DNA of 64,000 nt from Planctomycetota bacterium (GTDB taxonomy: Bacteria; Planctomycetota; PLA2; JAEUHO01). The position numbers were made by a program, and so were the translations under genes. The stretch covers positions 1 through 64,000 of the forward strand of contig JBFWRP010000004.1 of NCBI GenBank assembly GCA_050248855.1, written 5' to 3'. The notes under the pieces are model-generated. The model searched no databases. It worked only from the letters and a program-made list of their open reading frames with translations, and was not told where the DNA came from. Of the stretch, positions 59,901-64,000 are shown piece by piece (the first letter of the stretch is position 1; every line of letters starts with the position of its first letter).

Positions 59901-60532
59901 TCGCTCGCACGGGACGACCCAACCGTGCCACGCGTCGCAAGATGAAGCAGCTCGGCGAGGACGAGCGCAAGCTCGCGGCCGACCTGCACAAGCGGTTGAT
60001 CGCCGTGCAGGAAGAGAACTCGACGGCCTTCGCCGCTGCGATGGAGGAGGTGCACCTCGACATGGGCGAGGTGGCCGCACTCTTCGACGACCAGGACGTG
60101 GGCCCGGTCAACATCGGGCTGCAGGACGGGATCCTGCGGCGCGTGGACGACCTGATCGGCGGCTTCAAGGACGTCATCGAGCAGAAGTCGCAAGGCGGGC
60201 AATCGCCTCCGTCGTCGGGCGGCGGACAGCCGCCCCTCGTCCCGCCCATCGTCGAGCTCAAGCTGATGCGACGCTTGCAGATGGACTTGAACCAGCGCAT
60301 GCGCGGGTTCCTGCGCCGCCATGCCGACGAGCTGGCCAAGGGCGAGGTCGACCCCGCCGTCCGGCAGCGCCTGGAGCGCTTGGCGCACCAGCAGGGACGG
60401 CTCAAGGCCGAGATGCAGCGGCTGATCGACAGCACGCTGGGCGACGGCGACCCCGACGCCCCCGCTGCCGGCGGCGACGGCGACGACGGCGGGGACCCGG
60501 AGGGAGCCGCTGGCGGCTCCGAGGACAGGTAG
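56990..60532 (+). CDS. Exported long Ala/Glu/Gln-rich coiled-coil protein (DUF4175-like)
   Basis: Signal peptide ..GAARA-EDE; ~1000 aa of heptads; C-terminal PPLVPPIVELKLMRRLQ. Confidence 0.8.
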   Translation: MSRSRTEQRVSSFRRALRWAGCLLVLAPVLVVVPGAARAEDEPQAERSLRDLDRAIGQQEDVQGKIQQLELNMGALAQELRRTGFDYEAQLVEHAIEHVSVSGLRGVMGTVLDRMRKDLEAAQARAREAAAAGRNEPPRSLVSHEAIAGARSVLEQLQQLLAILEDRDRTQTREEIDRRREAARQAKEDAARLAQEQQRITEQLRDLDVASQSESAKSAAELQQAVRELRDELAKLDAEAEAAAEDRESLEATLDTLRDEQAAALERTRAEREAQAASTDRERAEAQARAAQAAKELAAAERAAAEASRREALAQELGQQARAMAERARELAADASARAAESAAEELGRRAQAAAEKLRSDSAEERATGAGEAAAVAEEARATAGSPEGTDAPGSAAREALERLAEAAKQAATAAGDGDADARAEAAAALEQAAKDSRAAAATSAGERGAQAPGGERASDAQEARGLSAAAQSAKSALDAMKQAASGASAGSDHLPQGAEEASAAFDRAAGALGEAAREAGAAEGSAGDRATADAAARAAGALAEAAQSLGASAGQGSQGSQGSQGSEGAQPQGASDAQRAAEERARAEQASALAEDLAQQAEAAAAEAGATSDEGRRAERAAAAAREARAGMAAAAEKLAAGDDAGAAQDQTAAAEALEAAAGQSGAAGSQGALAREQQDLARSLEQLAGSSPQGASEAAEAMRQAAEQLADGDLADAEARQAEALERLDQAREALREERLALERERAAKEKALAEEQLRLAKEAEEIAEQARDLRAQEAQAQSGAEAAAAAMQQAASAMQEASRQQAGGQSSSASSSRQTADAAMKRAEEALARAAEERLDMDEASQQAMKDLLDEQRKLEEQLKELRDRLAEDEASEGAQDAASKAQSSMQRTQDQMQSGGSPQGASEQSEDAERYLEQLQDELEEEERRYESLQQQELLYQLVRDLEQLKIDQGAIRARTLELAEDVARTGRPNRATRRKMKQLGEDERKLAADLHKRLIAVQEENSTAFAAAMEEVHLDMGEVAALFDDQDVGPVNIGLQDGILRRVDDLIGGFKDVIEQKSQGGQSPPSSGGGQPPLVPPIVELKLMRRLQMDLNQRMRGFLRRHADELAKGEVDPAVRQRLERLAHQQGRLKAEMQRLIDSTLGDGDPDAPAAGGDGDDGGDPEGAAGGSEDR

Positions 60533-60587
60533 GATGGAGAGGGTCGGTTGCCCCCGCACCGGGCCCTGCTCCCGTCAGGAGACCACC

Positions 60588-61490
60588 ATGATCGATACGA
60601 CGTTCCTGCGACCCAGGCCCAGGGGGATCACCCGGCTTGGACCTCTCGCGTTGGGGCTGGCCGCCTTGGCGTTCGCAGTCCTGGGCACCGCGGGCGCCGC
60701 GCGTGCCGAGGACGGGCCGGGCTCGGACCTCGAGGAGCAGATCCGCAAGCAGATGCAGCACATCCGCGAGCTGATGGAGGCCAACGAGCGCGCGCTCTTC
60801 GAGCTCAGCACGGGCAAGGACGCCAAGCCGAAGGAGGTCGACGTCACGCTGCCTCCGCCGGACGGCAGCTCGGGGGGCGCAGGCGGCTCGGGCGGCAGCG
60901 CCGGTGGCAGTGGCGGTGAAGGAGCCTCCGGCGGCGCCGGCGGTACCGCCGGCGGCGGGGGCGAGGGTGCCGCGAAGGAGATCGAGCGGCTCCTCGAGGA
61001 CCTCGAGAAGGCCTCGGAGGGCTCGGGCGGCGGCATGATCCCCGACGAGCTCAAGCGCCTCGTCGAGATGATCCCCACCTGAAGCTCCTGCGGCGGCCAG
61101 TTTGGTTCGCCCCCGCAGCAGGAGTCCGGCAAGCAGAACGGCCAGCAGCAGGACAGCCAGGAGATGCGCGACGGGCGTCGGCCCGATGACATGCGCTCCG
61201 GCCAGCAGCCCGACGGGCAGCGCCCCGACGGCACGAAGGACGAGCCCGAGGGCGGCAACCCGCAGAACCACGAGCAGCCCGACCGCACCGGTCGACGCGA
61301 TCCCGACGGCGGGACCCCGCCGCCCGAGCGCGACGGCGAGGCGTGGCGTGTCCGTCTGCCGGCCGAGCTCCGTGATGCCGCGGCCAACGGGCAGTGGGAC
61401 CGCGTTCCGCCCCGCTATCGCGACCTCGTCGAGCGCTACTACCGCTGGCTGCAAGAGCAGCGCGCGACCGAGGGCAGCGGCGGCCGCTGA
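60588..61490 (+). CDS. Exported protein with in-frame TGA at 61080-61082; candidate selenoprotein (UxxC), 300 aa with read-through
   Basis: AGGAGA SD + ATG 60588; signal peptide ..GAARA-EDG. ORFs 60534..61082 and 61164..61490 share a frame and are separated only by the TGA (..MIPT*SSCGGQFG..). Ends in WRVRLPAELR..VPPRYRDLVERYYRWL and overlaps the next gene as TGATG. Confidence 0.75.
61085..61124 (+). promoter_or_regulatory. Putative bacterial SECIS hairpin
   Basis: Upper stem GGCGGCCA(61092-99)/TGGTTCGCC(61103-111) with one bulged T. Apical loop GTT begins after a 17-nt spacer from the TGA. Lower stem CTGC/GCAG or CTCCTG/CAGGAG. Confidence 0.6.
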
Positions 61491-62707
61491 TGCGAGACGC
61501 TTCGCACCCGCGGCGCACGATGTCGACACCCCGTGTCCCCCGTTGCGGGCGGGCACGGGGTCCCCGCTTCGTGGCTTGGATGCTCGTGGCCGGGCTCGCG
61601 GCGCCGACCCTCCCCGCGGGCGTCGTACCTGGAGGCCGTGGGCCCGGTGGCGTCGCCGAGGCCCGTGACACCTCCCCGCGAGCCATCAGCCGCGAGCCCC
61701 TCGAGTCGCGCCTGCGCCGCCGCCGTGCGATCGCACGCGGATGCGCCTACATCGCCCGCAACCAAGAGGACCTCGGCGGCACCTTCGGCGACGTGAACGG
61801 CGTGGTCGCCATCACGTCGCTGTGCGTGCTGGCGCTGATGGCCAACGGCTCCAGCGACCACCGCGGTCCGTACCGGGACCAGGTGCGCAAGGGCATCGAC
61901 TTCCTGTTGGCGCGCGCCGAGGCGCCGAAGAGCGAGCGGGACCCGCCGGGCTACATCGTGGACGGCCAGGACCAGACCTCGCGCATGCACGGCCACGGCT
62001 TCGCCACGCTGGCCCTGGCCTGCGCGCTCGGCACGTCCGAGAAGGACCGCAGCGTCCGCATCCGCAAGGCCCTCGTGGGCGCCATCGACTGCATCGTCCG
62101 TGCCCAGGCCACGACCGGCGGGTTCGGCTACGAGCCGCGTCCCGACAACGACCACGAGGGATCGGTCACGGTCTGCGTGGCGCAAGGCCTGCGCGCCGCG
62201 CGGGACACGGGCCTGCACGTGGACGCCCGCGTCATCCGCAACGGCCTGCGGTACCTCGAGAAGAGCCAGAACGAGGAGGGCGGGTTCAACTACAGCCTCA
62301 CGCGGCAGAACTCCACGTACGCACTGACCGCCGCCGCCCTCTCCTCGTTCTTCCTCTATGGCCGGTACGAGGACGGGACCGATGCCCGCATCAGCCGGGG
62401 CCTGAAGTACATGCGCAAGGCCATCGACCGCGGGCAGGGCGACCAGCCTTGGTACTACTACGGACACTTCTACGCCGCGTGGGCGCTGTACCAGTGGGAC
62501 GGCGGCACGTGGGAGGTCCGCCCCGGCAACGAGTGGGCCACATGGCAGGAGGAGATCTACCCGCACATGATGGCGCGCCAGCTCGAGGCCGACGGCAGCT
62601 TCGAGCCCGAATCGGGGCGCCACGACTACGGTCCGCTGCTCAGCACCGCTTTCGCGGTGCTCACGCTCAGCATCCCCGACGAAGGACTGCCCATCTTCCA
62701 GAGGTAG
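61490..62707 (+). CDS. Secreted prenyltransferase/squalene-oxidase-repeat protein
   Basis: AIARGCAYIARNQ, GPYRDQVRKGIDFLL, MHGHGFATLALA, GGFGY..DHEGSVT, QNEEGGFNY, YYYGHFYAAWA, LPIFQR; paralog of 51295..52557. Confidence 0.88.
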   Translation: MRDASHPRRTMSTPRVPRCGRARGPRFVAWMLVAGLAAPTLPAGVVPGGRGPGGVAEARDTSPRAISREPLESRLRRRRAIARGCAYIARNQEDLGGTFGDVNGVVAITSLCVLALMANGSSDHRGPYRDQVRKGIDFLLARAEAPKSERDPPGYIVDGQDQTSRMHGHGFATLALACALGTSEKDRSVRIRKALVGAIDCIVRAQATTGGFGYEPRPDNDHEGSVTVCVAQGLRAARDTGLHVDARVIRNGLRYLEKSQNEEGGFNYSLTRQNSTYALTAAALSSFFLYGRYEDGTDARISRGLKYMRKAIDRGQGDQPWYYYGHFYAAWALYQWDGGTWEVRPGNEWATWQEEIYPHMMARQLEADGSFEPESGRHDYGPLLSTAFAVLTLSIPDEGLPIFQR

Positions 62708-62785
62708 GCCCTGCGGCCGGCGCCGCGGGGCACGCGGCGCGCCGCACCCACGCACGCCGGGGGATGAACGCGTAGAATCCCGCCC

Positions 62786-63559
62786 GTGGGACCGTCGTGG
62801 ATCGCCCCCCTCGTGGTCTCGCTGTGGCTCGGGGGTACCGACCCCGCGACGGCACAGGCCGTCGCACAGCGCGTGCTGCAGGACGGGCGCTACCAGCAGG
62901 CGCTGGAGAGTCGGCGCCGTTGGCGAGCCTTCGACGGTGACGCGACGACCTCCGCCGGGGACGACGCCACCGCGCGGACCCGCCGCGGGCGACCCGGCGG
63001 CGACGACGCGCCGGCCGCGCTCCCCACGCCGGCCGACCCGCCGAGCGGGCCGCGAGGCGGCGGCGGCAGCCAGGGGGGCTCCGGCACCGGTTCGGGGGCG
63101 AGCTTCCTGACCGCCGTGGCCGTGCTTGGCGGGCTCCTCGTCCTCGGCGTGGTGGTCGCCTCCGTGCTGCAGCGGCGGAGCATCGGGCCCATGCCCCGCG
63201 CTGCCGCCCCTCCCGCCGCCGCGCCACCCGAGCCGGACTTGGTGCGTCCGCTGGACGAAGCCGAGCAGCTGGCGCTCGAGGGCCGTCACGCCGAGGCCGT
63301 CCACCTGCTGCTTCTCCGCAGCCTGCGCGTCCTGGCCGAGGCGCACGGCTTGCCGGCCTCCCTGACGAGCCGCGAGATCGTGCGCGACATCCCGATGCCG
63401 GACGCGGCCCGTGAAGCCCTCGCGGACCTCGTGGGCGAAGTCGAGCGCAGCCTCTTCGGCGGCCGCCCCGTCGACGAGTCCGCCTGGCTCCGCTGCCGGG
63501 ACCGACACGCAACCCTGCTCCAGGCCCTGGCGCGGCCCGCCGCCGGGAGACGCGCGTGA
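62786..63559 (+). CDS. DUF4129-like membrane protein
   Basis: Signal, TM, then AEQLALEGRHAEAVHLLLLRSL..SLTSREI..VERSLFGGRP. Confidence 0.75.
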   Translation: MGPSWIAPLVVSLWLGGTDPATAQAVAQRVLQDGRYQQALESRRRWRAFDGDATTSAGDDATARTRRGRPGGDDAPAALPTPADPPSGPRGGGGSQGGSGTGSGASFLTAVAVLGGLLVLGVVVASVLQRRSIGPMPRAAAPPAAAPPEPDLVRPLDEAEQLALEGRHAEAVHLLLLRSLRVLAEAHGLPASLTSREIVRDIPMPDAAREALADLVGEVERSLFGGRPVDESAWLRCRDRHATLLQALARPAAGRRA

Positions 63560-64000
63560 CGGAGCGCACGCGGCTGCCCTTCTCGCGGCGGACGACGATC
63601 GTCGTGCTGGCCGTGGCCGTGCCGTCGTTCGTGCTGTTCCTCGTGGCGCTCGTGCTCGGACCCGAGTGGGCCCCCGTGGAGTCCTCGGGAGCCACGTCGT
63701 GGTCCTCGTCGGCCGTCGGGCACCATGCCCTGTACGAAGTGCTGCGGGAGCTCGACCTGCCCGTCCAGCGCTCCCGCCACGCGAGCGCGGGTCGAGCCGG
63801 CGAGGACGGCGTGCTCCTGCTGCTGGACCCCTGGCCGGACACCGATCGCGGCCTCCTGGATCGCGAGCAGCTGGCGGCCGCGTTGACGGAAGCGCGCACG
63901 ATCGTCGTCGCCCTGCCCAAGTGGGAAGTCCGGCGACGTGTTCCGGACGATGGCTGGGTCGCCGGTCTGGAGCCAAGGCCCACGCGCAATGCACTCGACG
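63556..64000 (+). CDS. DUF4350-like protein, partial (runs off window end)
   Basis: Manual translation, GTGA-coupled. N-terminal TM, then SWSSSAVGHHALYEVLRELDLPVQRSR; usual neighbour of DUF4129. Confidence 0.65.
   Translation, partial: MTERTRLPFSRRTTIVVLAVAVPSFVLFLVALVLGPEWAPVESSGATSWSSSAVGHHALYEVLRELDLPVQRSRHASAGRAGEDGVLLLLDPWPDTDRGLLDREQLAAALTEARTIVVALPKWEVRRRVPDDGWVAGLEPRPTRNALD

Noticed and set aside
51295..62707. Toroid genes as squalene-hopene cyclases of a terpene cluster
   Set aside because: Single-domain (~400 aa), exported, no DxDD motif, and no hpn or prenyl-synthase genes nearby.

Overview
A very GC-rich (roughly 70-75% by eye), gene-dense stretch of bacterial chromosome with no integrase, transposase or CRISPR array visible. 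Gene content (several secreted prenyltransferase/squalene-oxidase-repeat proteins, PQQ-type beta-propeller/TPR proteins, a MoxR-DUF58-BatA/vWA cluster, an aroD-aroE fusion) suggests Planctomycetota/PVC; this is inference. Left part: a GSDH-cytochrome c lipoprotein, three paralogous membrane-protein genes, lysS with a fused degenerate HD domain, map, mrfAB-like helicase/nuclease, type III glutamine synthetase, a MacAB-type ABC exporter, a ChaN lipoprotein and tRNA-Met(CAT). Middle, minus strand: eno, ftsB-like, pssA, a folK-panC fusion, a TPR/HEAT gene, panD, ispE and an aroD-aroE-aroK triple fusion. Right part: a ~25 kb plus-strand envelope cluster (beta-propeller, MoxR, DUF58, two vWA proteins, propeller/TPR, alpha/alpha-toroid, ECF sigma + FecR, two DUF4175-like proteins, small secreted protein, second toroid), then DUF4129/DUF4350 genes. 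Most notable: a gene in that cluster (60588-61490) is interrupted by a single in-frame TGA that reads T-U-S-S-C (UxxC) and is followed by a bacterial-SECIS-like hairpin, making it a candidate undescribed exported selenoprotein. Also notable are two small genes not called as such in the ORF track: a 53-aa, 11-Cys lipoprotein reminiscent of chlamydial OmcA, and a 42-aa very basic protein. Family assignments are from motif recognition, not database searches.
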